The notes below the pieces were generated by a model. The model made no database searches. It was given only the letters and a program-made list of their open reading frames with translations, and was not told the DNA's origin. Shown here piece after piece: positions 18,967-29,882 of a DNA stretch of 64,000 bases (position 1 is the first letter of the stretch; every line of letters starts with the position of its first letter). Both the position numbers and the translations under genes were made by a program. Source of the stretch: Gemmatimonadaceae bacterium (lineage in GTDB: Bacteria > Gemmatimonadota > Gemmatimonadetes > Gemmatimonadales > Gemmatimonadaceae); contig JBGAJQ010000004.1 in the NCBI GenBank assembly GCA_044224875.1, positions 32,001 through 96,000 on the forward strand, given 5' to 3'.

Positions 18967-21585
18967 CTAACGACCGCCTAACGGGAACCAATAGGACACC
19001 TTCAGGGCCAGGTAGTTATCGCCGTCGGCGCGCGCCGTCGACCAGAGATCGCCGATGGCCACCGAACGCCGCTCCGTCGTGCTGGAAAATCGATTCTGCT
19101 GCCAGACGAGAAAGAGGGTACTCCCCGGGTTCCATTCCCATCGTAACACCAGGTTGGACCGGAACGATAGGACGTGGAAGTCCGGATCGTCGATGGAAAA
19201 GCTCGTCGCCCCCGACGACAGGTCATACCCACCATCGGAGCGTCGCGTGATGGTCGTCCCCGCCGAGCCGTAGGTGCGCAGCTGTCGCCGCCGCGCCTGG
19301 CGCAGGTCGCCAAAGTCGTAAAAGGTGCCGCTGGCGACGAACGGTTCGCCGTAGCCCTCGAGCGTAAGCACGGGGGAAAAAGCGTAATTCAGGCGCGTGC
19401 GCAGCGAAATCGTGGTACGGTCGACATACGCGAAGACGTATCGGTTCCCGTATGTGTCCGTTGCCTGCGGGTCCAGGACGGTCGTGATGTACTGGCGCGG
19501 ATCAGTGCCCTTTACGTAGCTGGGCTCGAAGGAGAGTTGCCAGCTCGGCGCGGGACGCATCGTGAGGCTTCCACTGGTGTTCACCCGGTGTCCACCGATG
19601 TTGTCCCGGGCAAGCACAAGCCCCACGCGCCAGCCCGTTCGACTCCCGAACGAATTCGACAGCCGCACTTCCTGCGACAGGTTTCGTCCTGTTTGCATCA
19701 CGGGCCCGCCGCGCGTCAGCGCGTCGTCCATCGTCGGCAGGTCCAACTGCGTCCGCATGGTGAGGTTCCAGAGGTTCTTGAACGTCAGGGTGGTGGTCTC
19801 ACTCCACGAATTCACTGTGTGATCGCGGCCGTAGTTGTAAGACCCCCGCGTCAAGAAGCCCAGCCGCCAGTTCTGGAGATAACGACCTGGCTCCGTTTCC
19901 CGGATCTGGATGTCCGCGTTGTAGTCGATATCGTCCGCGCTCTGCAACCGGCCCATGTCGTTGACTTCGTATCCCGGCGACTCCGTCGTCAGCTGCGCCC
20001 CCCACAGGATGTGGCGGCCCGCGTCCTTGTCCGCGCGAAGGGACGCCGTGTAGCCTCCCAGAGACCGGCGGCTGGGATCGTAGGTCAGGTGCGTGGCGTC
20101 CGGGCGCGCGAAGTAGTGGGCACTGGAGCGCTGCGTTGCGGCGATGGCGAGGGAGTCTCCGGCGACGTAGGAGAAGCCCGCCCATCCCGTGATGGCATAC
20201 TTCCCCTGCTGAAAACGAATGCGCCAATCCAGTCCCGCCGCCGCGGCCTCTCGAGAAAGCAGGTCGGAGAGCGTCGGTTCGCTCGTCAGGTCCCGCCGCA
20301 TCATGCTCAACGTTCCACCGATCGTCGACGCCTGGCTCCCGACTTCCTGCTGCAGCCTAACGACGCCAAACGCCGACCGCGGTTCCACGGCCAGTCGCTG
20401 GGTACGCCCATCGGCAACGTTCCGCACGCGGGCACTCTCGCGGTCGGTCACGGCCAACAAGCCCCCGACCGACAGACGCGACGCCGTGCGTCCCGTCAGC
20501 TTTAGCGCCCCCAGGATGGTGCTGGCGCGTGGCAGGTCCACGTAGTCCCCCTCGGGAACCAGGTGCGCCGGGCCCCCCACACGACGAGAGTAGAAGTAGT
20601 TGGGCCCGTCAGCGCGAATCAGCTGGCTTCCCTCCACAAAGAACGGCCGCCGCTCCTCGAAGATGGTCTCGAACGCCGTCAGGTTCACCTCGGCGGGATC
20701 CGCCTCCACCTGGCCGAAGTCCGGATTCACCGTGGCATCGAGCGTGAGGTTGGAGCCGATCCCGAACTTCGCGTCCATGCCCAAGCGTACGCTGGTCGGG
20801 TTCCGAAACGGGTTCGCCGGATCGGCATTCGCCGTTCGCAAGGCGTCGCCCGCGACGTATGGCAGCAGCTCCACCGGCCGTGTTGGTCGTATCCCCGCAA
20901 TGCCCGACAGCGTACCAAACCGCGAGACAAATCCCGTTTCCCGGTTCGGCACCATGACCCAATAGATGTCCTCGTTCTTGTCTGGCATCCATCGGTCAAG
21001 CTGCAACCCCCACTCCTGCTCCATCGCCATCGCAAAGCGCAGCTGCGAAAAGGGAATGCGCATTTCCGCGGTCCACCCCAGCGAGTCCACGACCGCGGCC
21101 GCCTCCCACACGGGATCGTACTGACTCTCCCGTCCGCCCATCTCCTCGTCGCGGGAGTGGTGATAGTCACTCTTCACTCCCGCCGCGGACACGACGAATC
21201 CAAATGCGGTCCGACGGTCGCGTTGCGTATCCAACGTGATCGACAGGAACTCGGCGTTGCCCGATCCATCGCGCCGCGTGACCGCTCGCGCCACGCGCGA
21301 TGGATCCTTCCGGAACATCCGGGCGCCCACGTACAGACCTCCGTCGTCGTACGCAATCTGAACACGCGTTCGTTCCGACGGCTCGATGCCCTCGAACGGT
21401 CGTTTCTGCACGAAGTCTTCGATCGGCTTCGCAATCGTCCAGACCGCGTCATCCAACCGACCATCGACGCGTGGCGGGGAGCCAACGATGCGCACCGCCT
21501 CGGCGCGTTTGGAGGAGGGTTGGGCGACGAGCACGCACGTCGGGACAATGAGAGCAAGAACGCACAGTGACTGAGAGATTCGCAC
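18967..21585 (-). CDS. DUF5916/CBM9-like secreted or outer-membrane protein
   Basis: VDGRLDDAVW, WTAEMRIPFSQLRF, NPDFGQVEAD, FEERRPFFVEG, FYSRRVG; C-terminal beta-strand pattern. Confidence 0.85.
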   Translation of the reverse strand: MRISQSLCVLALIVPTCVLVAQPSSKRAEAVRIVGSPPRVDGRLDDAVWTIAKPIEDFVQKRPFEGIEPSERTRVQIAYDDGGLYVGARMFRKDPSRVARAVTRRDGSGNAEFLSITLDTQRDRRTAFGFVVSAAGVKSDYHHSRDEEMGGRESQYDPVWEAAAVVDSLGWTAEMRIPFSQLRFAMAMEQEWGLQLDRWMPDKNEDIYWVMVPNRETGFVSRFGTLSGIAGIRPTRPVELLPYVAGDALRTANADPANPFRNPTSVRLGMDAKFGIGSNLTLDATVNPDFGQVEADPAEVNLTAFETIFEERRPFFVEGSQLIRADGPNYFYSRRVGGPAHLVPEGDYVDLPRASTILGALKLTGRTASRLSVGGLLAVTDRESARVRNVADGRTQRLAVEPRSAFGVVRLQQEVGSQASTIGGTLSMMRRDLTSEPTLSDLLSREAAAAGLDWRIRFQQGKYAITGWAGFSYVAGDSLAIAATQRSSAHYFARPDATHLTYDPSRRSLGGYTASLRADKDAGRHILWGAQLTTESPGYEVNDMGRLQSADDIDYNADIQIRETEPGRYLQNWRLGFLTRGSYNYGRDHTVNSWSETTTLTFKNLWNLTMRTQLDLPTMDDALTRGGPVMQTGRNLSQEVRLSNSFGSRTGWRVGLVLARDNIGGHRVNTSGSLTMRPAPSWQLSFEPSYVKGTDPRQYITTVLDPQATDTYGNRYVFAYVDRTTISLRTRLNYAFSPVLTLEGYGEPFVASGTFYDFGDLRQARRRQLRTYGSAGTTITRRSDGGYDLSSGATSFSIDDPDFHVLSFRSNLVLRWEWNPGSTLFLVWQQNRFSSTTERRSVAIGDLWSTARADGDNYLALKVSYWFPLGGR

Positions 21586-21875
21586 GCGATGTAGTCTGGG
21601 GAACGTGACCGGCCGGGGGAGGGAAGGTGCCAGCGAACGCACTCGGGAATCGGGAGAATCTACACACGGCGCACGATCGGTTTGAGGGTGCACTCCGTGC
21701 CTTCGAGTGAGAGTGATCCCGGAACTGAATCCGGGCGCTGCGCACATGTTGATTCAGGGGACCGCGCAGGATTGGATTGCGGCGACGAATCGCTGGCGGA
21801 CCAGGGACGGCCCTCGCGACAATGACGGCGCGGTGCGTTCCGAATAGCTTTCACACAGCGACGGAACGACGGGCA

Positions 21876-23972
21876 ATGCCAACGACCCAACTTGGTGAGC
21901 GAGACGTGAGACTCAAGAACTACGCGTGCGGGGAGTGGGTGCAAGGCAGTGGAGCGGCGACGGACCTCTTCCACGCCGTAACCGGCGAGAAGATTGCAGA
22001 GGCATCGTCCGCGGGGCTCGACTTCAAGGCGATGACGGACCACGCGCGACGGGTGGGGGGGCCGGCGCTCCGTCGCATGACGTTCCACGAGCGCGCCCGG
22101 ATGCTCAAGGCGATGGCCCAGTACCTCACTGAGCGAAAAGACGCGTACTATCAGCTCTCCTCTGCCACCGGGGCCACAAAAGCCGACTCCTGGATCGACA
22201 TTGATGGCGGCTTTGGGACACTCTTTGTCTTTGCCAGCAAGGGACGTCGCGAGTTTCCTAACGAGACGTTCTATGTCGACGGGCCTGTGGAGGGAATCTC
22301 GAAGGGCGGAACGTTTGTTGGACGGCACATCTGCGTGCCCCTCGAAGGCGTGGCAGTGCACATCAATGCCTTCAATTTCCCCGTCTGGGGCATGCTGGAA
22401 AAACTCGCGCCGTCACTCCTCGCCGGGGTCCCGGCGATCGTGAAGCCCGCGACCCTGACCAGCTTCCTCACGGAACGTGTGTTCCAGGACATGGTCGCGG
22501 CCGGGATCTTTCCCGCCGGCGCCATCCAGTTGATCTGCGGAAGCGCCGGCAACCTGCTCGATCATCTGGACGCCCAGGACGCCGTCGCCTTCACCGGATC
22601 GGCTGCAACCGGTCGCAAGCTGAAGGAGCATCCAGCCATTGTCTCGAATGCCGTTCGCTTCAACATGGAGGCAGACTCGCTCAACTGCTCCATTCTCGGA
22701 CCCGATGCGCGTCCCGGAACCGAGGAGTTCGACATTTTCGTGAAAGAAGTGACGCGCGAGATGACCAGCAAGGCGGGGCAGAAGTGCACGGCCATTCGGC
22801 GCACCATCGTCCCGGAGGCGATGATGGGGGACGTCGTCGCCGCGCTCAGCAAACGACTGGCGAGCGTGACGATCGGCGACCCGACCGTTGAAGGCGTGAA
22901 GATGGGTCCCCTGGCTGGGAGGGCACAGGTGAAGGAGGTGCGCGCCAGCCTCGACGCGATTCGCGCCGGGGCCCAGGTCGTCTTTGGCGGAGGCGACGCT
23001 CCGACGACGGTTGGAGCTGACGCAAGCCGCGGCGCCTTCTTCCCCATCACGCTGCTAGCGTGCGACGCCCCAATGCGTTCCTCGCAGCCTCACGACATCG
23101 AGGCGTTTGGGCCAGTTAACACGGTGATGCCCTACGCCTCCGTCGGCGATGCGATTGAGCTGGCGAAGCGAGGTCGCGGCAGCCTGGTCGGCTCGCTCTT
23201 CACGGCGGACGATAGTGTGGCGCGAGATGTGGTGCTGGGCGTGGCGCCCTATCACGGGCGGATGTACGTCGCCAATCGCCACAGCGCCAAGGAGGCGACT
23301 GGACACGGTTCGCCACTCCCGCACCTCGTGCACGGCGGTCCAGGACGGGCGGGAGGCGGTGAGGAGATGGGAGGAGTGCGCGGCGTCTTGCACTACATGC
23401 AGCGAACGGCCGTACAGGGCGCTCCGGAGACCATCGCGCGCATCACCAACGAGTGGATTCCCGGGGCCAACCAGCCTTCCGATACCGTGCACCCCTTCCG
23501 CAAGTACTTCGAGGAGCTGCGGATCGGTGAGACCCTAACGACGCATCGACGTACCGTCACCGAAGCGGATGTCGTGAACTTCGCTGGCATCAGCGGCGAC
23601 TACTTCTATGCCCATATGGACGATATCGCCGCCAAGGAGTCCATCTTCGAGCGGCGGGTGGCACACGGCTACTTCGTCCTTTCGGCGGCCGCTGGATTGT
23701 TCGTGGATCCTGCGCCGGGCCCGGTGCTGGCGAACTACGGTTTGGAGAACCTTCGCTTCGTGAAGCCGGTGTACCCAGGGGACACCATTCAGGTCAAGCT
23801 CACCTGCAAGCAGAAGACGGCCAAGGAGACGCCTCCTGATGGGGTCCCTCAGGGCGTCGTGGCCTGGGAAGTTGCCGTGACCAATCAGGACGGCGAGCTG
23901 GTTGCGACCTACGTCATCCTCACCCTGGTGAAGCGAAGGGCGGCAGCCGCCGCCGGGAACGGAGCGCCGTAG
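21876..23972 (+). CDS. paaZ: Bifunctional oxepin-CoA hydrolase/aldehyde dehydrogenase
   Basis: ALDH motifs [23 protein letters not shown] and EAFGPV, plus C-terminal MaoC domain ([15 protein letters not shown]). Confidence 0.95.
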   Translation: MPTTQLGERDVRLKNYACGEWVQGSGAATDLFHAVTGEKIAEASSAGLDFKAMTDHARRVGGPALRRMTFHERARMLKAMAQYLTERKDAYYQLSSATGATKADSWIDIDGGFGTLFVFASKGRREFPNETFYVDGPVEGISKGGTFVGRHICVPLEGVAVHINAFNFPVWGMLEKLAPSLLAGVPAIVKPATLTSFLTERVFQDMVAAGIFPAGAIQLICGSAGNLLDHLDAQDAVAFTGSAATGRKLKEHPAIVSNAVRFNMEADSLNCSILGPDARPGTEEFDIFVKEVTREMTSKAGQKCTAIRRTIVPEAMMGDVVAALSKRLASVTIGDPTVEGVKMGPLAGRAQVKEVRASLDAIRAGAQVVFGGGDAPTTVGADASRGAFFPITLLACDAPMRSSQPHDIEAFGPVNTVMPYASVGDAIELAKRGRGSLVGSLFTADDSVARDVVLGVAPYHGRMYVANRHSAKEATGHGSPLPHLVHGGPGRAGGGEEMGGVRGVLHYMQRTAVQGAPETIARITNEWIPGANQPSDTVHPFRKYFEELRIGETLTTHRRTVTEADVVNFAGISGDYFYAHMDDIAAKESIFERRVAHGYFVLSAAAGLFVDPAPGPVLANYGLENLRFVKPVYPGDTIQVKLTCKQKTAKETPPDGVPQGVVAWEVAVTNQDGELVATYVILTLVKRRAAAAAGNGAP

Positions 23973-24091
23973 CCGTGGGTCCGCGGGCGTGGCTTGGGTC
24001 CACCAAAAGTAGGACGCGGCGAAAAGTCAACCCGCTGAGATTTGCAGGCTTCGGCGGTTAGATTAGGGGGAACAAGCACAAGGACCTTCGT

Positions 24092-24412
24092 GTGAAGCAG
24101 GAATTCCGATTCGAGCACAATCACCGCAAGTTCACCTGCGCGGTCGGTGGACTCGGTTCCTCGCCTAACGACATGTGGTGGTGGTTCTCGGTGTCGTCCG
24201 ATGACCGTCATCGCTACGCGCCGTTCCGCGCCGAGGCTGGGGACACCCAGAACAACGTGCAGGAACGTGTGGTGGCATATTATGAAAACTTGCTTGCCAT
24301 TCGCGCCATGCCTCCGCAACCACACATCCGCACCGGCGGTCGTCCGACGAAAGCGGCGGCGGCAGCGAGTGCCGCGGTGGCCGACATGAATGCGGAAGTA
24401 GAAGCCGAGTAA
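24092..24412 (+). CDS. Small hypothetical protein
   Basis: 106-aa ORF with AAGGA RBS and its own terminator. Confidence 0.7.
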   Translation: MKQEFRFEHNHRKFTCAVGGLGSSPNDMWWWFSVSSDDRHRYAPFRAEAGDTQNNVQERVVAYYENLLAIRAMPPQPHIRTGGRPTKAAAAASAAVADMNAEVEAE

Positions 24413-24426
24413 GCGCCTGATTCGAG

Positions 24427-24459
24427 AGTCCCCGGAGCGATCCGGGGACTTTCTTTTTT
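24427..24459 (+). terminator. Rho-independent terminator
   Basis: AGTCCCCGGA-GCGA-TCCGGGGACT: perfect 10-bp stem with GNRA loop, followed by TTCTTTTTT. Confidence 0.92.
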
Positions 24460-24629
24460 CGGCGGCCTTCGAGCGTCGATTTACAGCTCGTGGACCAGGC
24501 GACCCATCGCCTCGCCGACATTTGCGCGACGAGGGGGTGCTTGGGGATGACGCGACGCGCGCCCGGCCGGTGTCCGAAGTCGGCCGCGACCTCGCGAATG
24601 TGATTCGAGGGACGTGCCCGTGTCGCGAG

Positions 24630-25352
24630 TTACTTCACCACGCCAGCGATGGTGTCGTGATGCGTGCTGATGTGCTTCCGCAGCGTCGGCCCGATGGCGG
24701 CGCTGTTCTCGAAGCCGGCCTTCCGTGCGGCCGCATCGCCAACGTCCGGTGCGAAGGCCGACGACTCTGCGTAGTGGCGCAAGTCGCGGTAGAGGTCGAT
24801 CGTGAACATGTCCCACGGCGCGCCGCCTAACGACTGGTCTCGTTCGAAGTACAGCAGGTGGGCCCGCCCAACGTGTGCATTGAAGGCCGCTTCCATGCCA
24901 CGCTCCTTCTTCAGCTCGTCGTAGTGACCGGGAAAGGCCTGGAAGATCTCGATGTGTGCCAGCCCCGCCGCCTCGAATTCTTTCGAGAGGTCCGCCAGTG
25001 CCGGCCCGCGCACGTACACCTCCTCGTGCCATGCGACCAGGTCACGCATGCGCGCGTCGCGCGTGTCGCCAGCTACGCCCGCGGCCTCGCGGCGCGAGCG
25101 CCGCTGGGAAGAGAAGTACACGGACACGTCCTCGCCCATCGGCACCAGGAGCATGAGGTCCCATCGGTCCCCCTGGCTGTGTCGCATGAGAAACGGTCGG
25201 GCTTCGCCTGCCTTCTCGTAGGCCGGCATCTCGGCCTTGAGGGCGTCGATCAATTCGAGGAGCTTGCCCGGAGACGCCTGCATGAATTCCGCGCGATAGG
25301 TCGGTTGCGGAGCGGCGAGCGACAGCGAGGCAAGCAGTGGTAGCAGTAGCAT
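24630..25352 (-). CDS. Hypothetical secreted protein with two NIPSNAP-like halves
   Basis: Signal peptide; repeated pattern AEFMQASPGK...WDLM / IEIFQAFPGH...WDMF. Confidence 0.7.
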   Translation of the reverse strand: MLLLPLLASLSLAAPQPTYRAEFMQASPGKLLELIDALKAEMPAYEKAGEARPFLMRHSQGDRWDLMLLVPMGEDVSVYFSSQRRSRREAAGVAGDTRDARMRDLVAWHEEVYVRGPALADLSKEFEAAGLAHIEIFQAFPGHYDELKKERGMEAAFNAHVGRAHLLYFERDQSLGGAPWDMFTIDLYRDLRHYAESSAFAPDVGDAAARKAGFENSAAIGPTLRKHISTHHDTIAGVVK

Positions 25353-25504
25353 AGGCGGTGTGAAAGGGGGTCAGAGAAAGATGCAGCCTTCGCCGGACAC
25401 AGGAAGAGTCGAGCCCGTCCGCCGCAGTGAGCCCTGACGACGATCGCCGCACGGCGAGTATGTTCTCTTAAGCCGCAATTCAGTTCACGAAGACAGGGAG
25501 GAGC

Positions 25505-26140
25505 TTGGTGTCGTCGGTATCAGCGTTGGACGCGCTCGAACGTCTGCGGGTGGGCAATCGTCGTTTTGTCACGGGCGTCCGGAACGGCGATGCGTTGGGC
25601 AACGCGCGCCGCATGGAGCTGACCGCGGGGCAGGAACCGTTTGCGATCATACTCGGTTGCTCCGACTCTCGGGTGCCTGCGGAAATCGTATTCGATCAGG
25701 GTCTGGGTGACCTCTTTGTAATTCGTGTCGCGGGCAATATCGTGGCGTCCTCGCTGGTCGGCAGCGTTGAGTTTGCCGCCGACCGCTTCGGCACGCGTTT
25801 AGTCGTGGTGCTGGGTCATTCCCGTTGTGGCGCCATTCTGGCAACAGTTGAGGAGCTGTTGGCGCACGGCCGATCGCCATCTCCGAACCTTCGTTCCATC
25901 GTTGATCGGGTGCGGCCTTCGGTGGAACCGCTGATGGCCACCGAGCTGCGGGACAGGCCGGACCAACTGGTCGAGCAGGCCGTTCGGGCAAACGTCCGCG
26001 CGTCCGCCAACCACCTCCGGCATGGCAGCGCCATACTCGAGCGCCTGATCCAGACTGACGGCCTGCTGGTTGTTGGAGCTGAATATTCCCTGGAGTCCGG
26101 CGAGGTCGATTTCTTCGACGGGTTGCCAGGTTCGCCGTAG
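25505..26140 (+). CDS. Beta-class carbonic anhydrase
   Basis: CSDSRVP, FVIRVAGN and GHSRCGA zinc-binding motifs. Confidence 0.95.
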   Translation: MVSSVSALDALERLRVGNRRFVTGVRNGDALGNARRMELTAGQEPFAIILGCSDSRVPAEIVFDQGLGDLFVIRVAGNIVASSLVGSVEFAADRFGTRLVVVLGHSRCGAILATVEELLAHGRSPSPNLRSIVDRVRPSVEPLMATELRDRPDQLVEQAVRANVRASANHLRHGSAILERLIQTDGLLVVGAEYSLESGEVDFFDGLPGSP

Positions 26141-26214
26141 TGCACGAAGGCGACGCCGTATGAGGCAGGGACATCGATACAGCGTCGTCACCACATTCAC
26201 GTATCACGCGACTC

Positions 26215-27393
26215 GTGCCAAGACTCACCACACGATTTCAGGCGTTGCCAGCGTATCCGCTGGCGCACATTCCCGGGAAGAAGCGCGAGCTGTTGCAGCG
26301 CGGCGTCGACGTCATTGACCTCGGCGCCGGCGACGCGGACCTCCCAGCGCCTCCCAAGGCCATCGCCGCGCTCCAACGGGCGGCCGAGGTGCCCGCCTTC
26401 AGCAGGTATGGATTTGGCTTGGGGCATGTGCCGTTCCGCGAGGCAGTGAGCGCCTGGATGCAGAAGCGCTTTGCGGCGCGCTTCGATCCGCTGACGGAGA
26501 TCGTTCCACTGATCGGAAGCAAGGAAGGGCTGGCGCATGTGGCATTCGCCTACCTGCAACCGGGCGACGTGGCCGTTGTGCCTGAACCAGCGTATCAGGC
26601 GTACTTCGGCGGCACGCACCTGAGCGGCGCCACGCCCCATGTGTATCCGCTGCGACCGCGCACCCAATTCCTGATTGATGTGGATGAGTTGCCAGCCGAC
26701 GTGCGCGCTCGCACCCGCGTGTTGTACCTGAACTACCCGAACAACCCAACAACGGCCATCGCCCCACGCGAGTATCTCGAGCATGTGGTGCGGTGGTGTA
26801 AGGACAACGATGTGCTGCTGGTGTTCGACAACGCCTACAGCGAACTCGCCTTCGATGGCTACGTGCCACCCAGCATCTTTGAGGTGGACGGAGCGCGCGA
26901 CGTAGCCATCGAATTTCACTCGCTCAGCAAGACGTACAATATGACGGGTTGGCGCTGCGGCTGGGCGGCAGCCCGGCCGGAGATCGCCGGGGCGTTGGCG
27001 AAGGTGAAGACGTTTGTCGATACCGGACATTTCATGGGCATCCAGGCCGCCGGCGTGGCCGCGCTCGAGAGTTACGACGACTTCGTGCCGCAGAACATTG
27101 CCGTGTTCAAGGAGCGGCGTGACGCCGGCGTGGCGGCATTCTGCGCCGAGGGTTTCAGCTGTCCGTCGCCGAAGGCAACCATGTACCTGTGGATTGCGCT
27201 GCCTGATGGCATTCCGAGTCGCGCGTTTTCGGACAAGTTGATGGACGAACAGGGAGTCATCGTGCTTCCGGGGTCGTCGTTTGGCGAGGGTGGGGAAGGG
27301 TTCTTCCGGATCTCGTTCATCGTGCCGCCGGCGCGCTTGCGGGAGGCCGCCGTGCGTGCCGGACGTGTGTTGCGAGCGCTACAAGGTGCGTAA
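26215..27393 (+). CDS. PLP-dependent class I/II aminotransferase (DapL/DapC-like)
   Basis: IGSKEG, LNYPNNPT, DNAYSE, SLSKTYNMTGWRCG. Confidence 0.92.
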   Translation: MPRLTTRFQALPAYPLAHIPGKKRELLQRGVDVIDLGAGDADLPAPPKAIAALQRAAEVPAFSRYGFGLGHVPFREAVSAWMQKRFAARFDPLTEIVPLIGSKEGLAHVAFAYLQPGDVAVVPEPAYQAYFGGTHLSGATPHVYPLRPRTQFLIDVDELPADVRARTRVLYLNYPNNPTTAIAPREYLEHVVRWCKDNDVLLVFDNAYSELAFDGYVPPSIFEVDGARDVAIEFHSLSKTYNMTGWRCGWAAARPEIAGALAKVKTFVDTGHFMGIQAAGVAALESYDDFVPQNIAVFKERRDAGVAAFCAEGFSCPSPKATMYLWIALPDGIPSRAFSDKLMDEQGVIVLPGSSFGEGGEGFFRISFIVPPARLREAAVRAGRVLRALQGA

Positions 27394-27424
27394 CGTCACG
27401 ATCGTCTAGCTACGAGGTGTTCTC

Positions 27425-27691
27425 GTGTGTAGAAACATCAAGGTCCTCGCGAACTTCGAACCTCCCGCGACCGACGACGAAGTGCGGGCGTCGGCCCTGC
27501 AGTTCGTGCGCAAACTCAGCGGCAGTAGCAAGCCGTCGCAAGCCAACCAGTTGGCGTTCGACCGGGCGGTCGATGAGGTCACCGAGTCGGCGAGGCGTTT
27601 GTTAGCCAGCCTGGTGATCAACTCACCGCCGCGGAACCGGGAGGTGGAAGCGAAGAAGGCACGCGAACGATCGCTCAAGCGGTTCGCGTAG
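27425..27691 (+). CDS. DUF2277 family protein
   Basis: MCRNIKxLxNFEPPATDDEVRASALQFVRKLSG signature. Confidence 0.88.
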   Translation: MCRNIKVLANFEPPATDDEVRASALQFVRKLSGSSKPSQANQLAFDRAVDEVTESARRLLASLVINSPPRNREVEAKKARERSLKRFA

Positions 27692-27957
27692 TGCTTCGTC
27701 GCGACCGCGCCATGGCCACATCCTCCTGAGCAGATCTCCACCGGATCGGCGTCCTGGCAAAACGCCGCTGCGAAGGAAAGGAGCAACGTGCGAACGACGG
27801 GTGCGTTCCCATCGGCTGTGATCGCAATGGGAAGCCACGCTGATCGCGCTGGCGTTGACGCCTAATCACCCGAACCGGTTGGAAGCTGATGCCAGTCGTT
27901 CGCGCGCCAGGAACGTCACTTCATAAGTAAGTTCAATCGTCCTCCGCACCCCCGAAT

Positions 27958-29787
27958 ATGCTCCGCTCAAATGCTGCCCGTCGCTTGCGCGCGACTCTCG
28001 CCATCGGCCTTGCGTTGCCGATCGTCGCTGCCGCCCAAAGCACGCCTGACAACGAACTCGATCGACGAGATGTGCGCATAACGGCGCGCGACGGAACGCC
28101 GCTGTACGCCGTGATCGTTGCACCCAAGACGCAGTCCGCCGCGTTGCCAATCATGTTGGTGCGAACGCCGTATGGAGTGAGCCAGAACCTCAGGCCCGGG
28201 CCCATTCCCGTGACGTACGCCGAGTTGGCGAAGGATGGCTACATCTTTGTCTTTCAGGACGCGCGAGGCACAGGAAAATCCGCGGGGCGGTTCATCATGA
28301 ACGGCGCACTGCATGATCCCAGTGACCCCAAGGGCGTGGACGAAGCGACCGACACCTACGACACCATCGACTGGTTGGTGAAGAACATCGCCGACAACAA
28401 TGGTCGTGTGGGCGTCATGGGCGTGTCGTACCCAGGCTGGCTCGCCGGCATCGCCGCACTCAGTGGACATCCTGCTTTGCGGGCCGTCTCGCCGCAGGCG
28501 CCGATGACCGACACGTGGATGGGTGACGACTTCTTTCACCAAGGCGCATTCCGTCAATCCTTCGGTGTGGAGTACGCCACGGCCATGGAGTGGTCGCGCG
28601 ATGTGCCGTCACCGCTGCACATCAACCGCTATGACCGGTACGATTGGTACCTGCAATTCCTGACGCTCGAGGAACTCGGCCACAAGAACGGGATCGACAC
28701 GTTGCCGTCGTGGCGCGGGTTCAAGACCCATCCGTCGTGGGACGCCTACTGGCAGGCAAAGGCGATGCAGAAGGTGTGGACAACGCCTAACGTGGCCGTG
28801 CTGAATGTCGGTGGTTACTGGGACCAGGAGGACGTCCTGGGTCCGCAGGAGGCGTATCGCACGCTCGAACGAAAGGACGCGAAGGGATGGAACCACATTG
28901 TGCTCGGCCCGTGGTTTCACGGTGGGTGGGCCGGGCGAGAGACGGACAGCCATGGGCCCATGCGCTTCGGCATGGACGTGGGGCTGTACTATCGGGCGAA
29001 CATCGAGCGTCCCTGGTTCGCGAATTACCTGCATGGAGACGGAAGCGCCAAGTTCGCCGAAGCGTACATGTTCGAGGTGGCGGGAAATGTGTGGCGCACC
29101 TTCGACGCGTGGCCGCCGCGAGAGGCGAAGCCCGCAAAGTTGTACCTGCAGAACAACGGGAAACTGTCGTTCGACGCGCCGACCGTCGCTGGGCAAACGT
29201 CGTATACCAGCGACCCGCGCAAGCCAATCCCATATATCGCGCGTCCAGTCGACGGCACCCGCTGGCGGCAGTGGCTCGTGGAAGATCAGCGCTTTGTGCA
29301 GAATCGCCCCGATGTCGTCGCGTGGGAGAGTGAACCGCTCACCGCCGACATCACCATCGCCGGCGACGTGATCGCGCACCTGCAGGCGAGCACCACCGGC
29401 ACGGACGCCGACTGGGTGGTGAAGCTGATCGATGTCTATCCCGATTCCATGCCGGCGACGCCGACCCTCGGTGGCTACGAACTCATGGTGGCCGGCGACA
29501 TCATGCGTGGCCGCTACTACCGGGGATTCGACAGTCCTCGAGCCATCAAGGCGAACACCGTCACGCCATTCACCGTCGACATGCATCAACAGGTGTATCG
29601 ATTCCAGAAGGGACATCGTATCATGGTGCAGATACAGAGCACCTGGTTCCCGCTGTACGATCGAAACCCGCAGACGTTCGTGCCGAACATCTTCAACGCC
29701 AAGGCCAGCGACTTTCGCACGCAGGTCCATACGATTTACCACGGTCCGAAGGCGGCGAGTTACCTCAGCCTAGGCCTGCTGCCCTAG
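27958..29787 (+). CDS. CocE/NonD family serine hydrolase (alpha-amino acid ester hydrolase-like)
   Basis: RTPYG, QDARG, GVSYPG, GPWFHG, STWFPLYDRNPQ; signal peptide. Confidence 0.93.
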   Translation: MLRSNAARRLRATLAIGLALPIVAAAQSTPDNELDRRDVRITARDGTPLYAVIVAPKTQSAALPIMLVRTPYGVSQNLRPGPIPVTYAELAKDGYIFVFQDARGTGKSAGRFIMNGALHDPSDPKGVDEATDTYDTIDWLVKNIADNNGRVGVMGVSYPGWLAGIAALSGHPALRAVSPQAPMTDTWMGDDFFHQGAFRQSFGVEYATAMEWSRDVPSPLHINRYDRYDWYLQFLTLEELGHKNGIDTLPSWRGFKTHPSWDAYWQAKAMQKVWTTPNVAVLNVGGYWDQEDVLGPQEAYRTLERKDAKGWNHIVLGPWFHGGWAGRETDSHGPMRFGMDVGLYYRANIERPWFANYLHGDGSAKFAEAYMFEVAGNVWRTFDAWPPREAKPAKLYLQNNGKLSFDAPTVAGQTSYTSDPRKPIPYIARPVDGTRWRQWLVEDQRFVQNRPDVVAWESEPLTADITIAGDVIAHLQASTTGTDADWVVKLIDVYPDSMPATPTLGGYELMVAGDIMRGRYYRGFDSPRAIKANTVTPFTVDMHQQVYRFQKGHRIMVQIQSTWFPLYDRNPQTFVPNIFNAKASDFRTQVHTIYHGPKAASYLSLGLLP

Positions 29788-29882
29788 CCGCCGTCCACCA
29801 TCCGTCGCAGGGGGGCTCCTCGCTGGGCCTTGCCCGTCGTGAACCCACGCCGTCTGATCCGTCGTTACGCACTGGACTCGCC

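Noticed and set aside
24481..24629. Possible small gene between the terminator and the secreted-protein gene
   Set aside because: There is no convincing start or RBS and no recognisable product.
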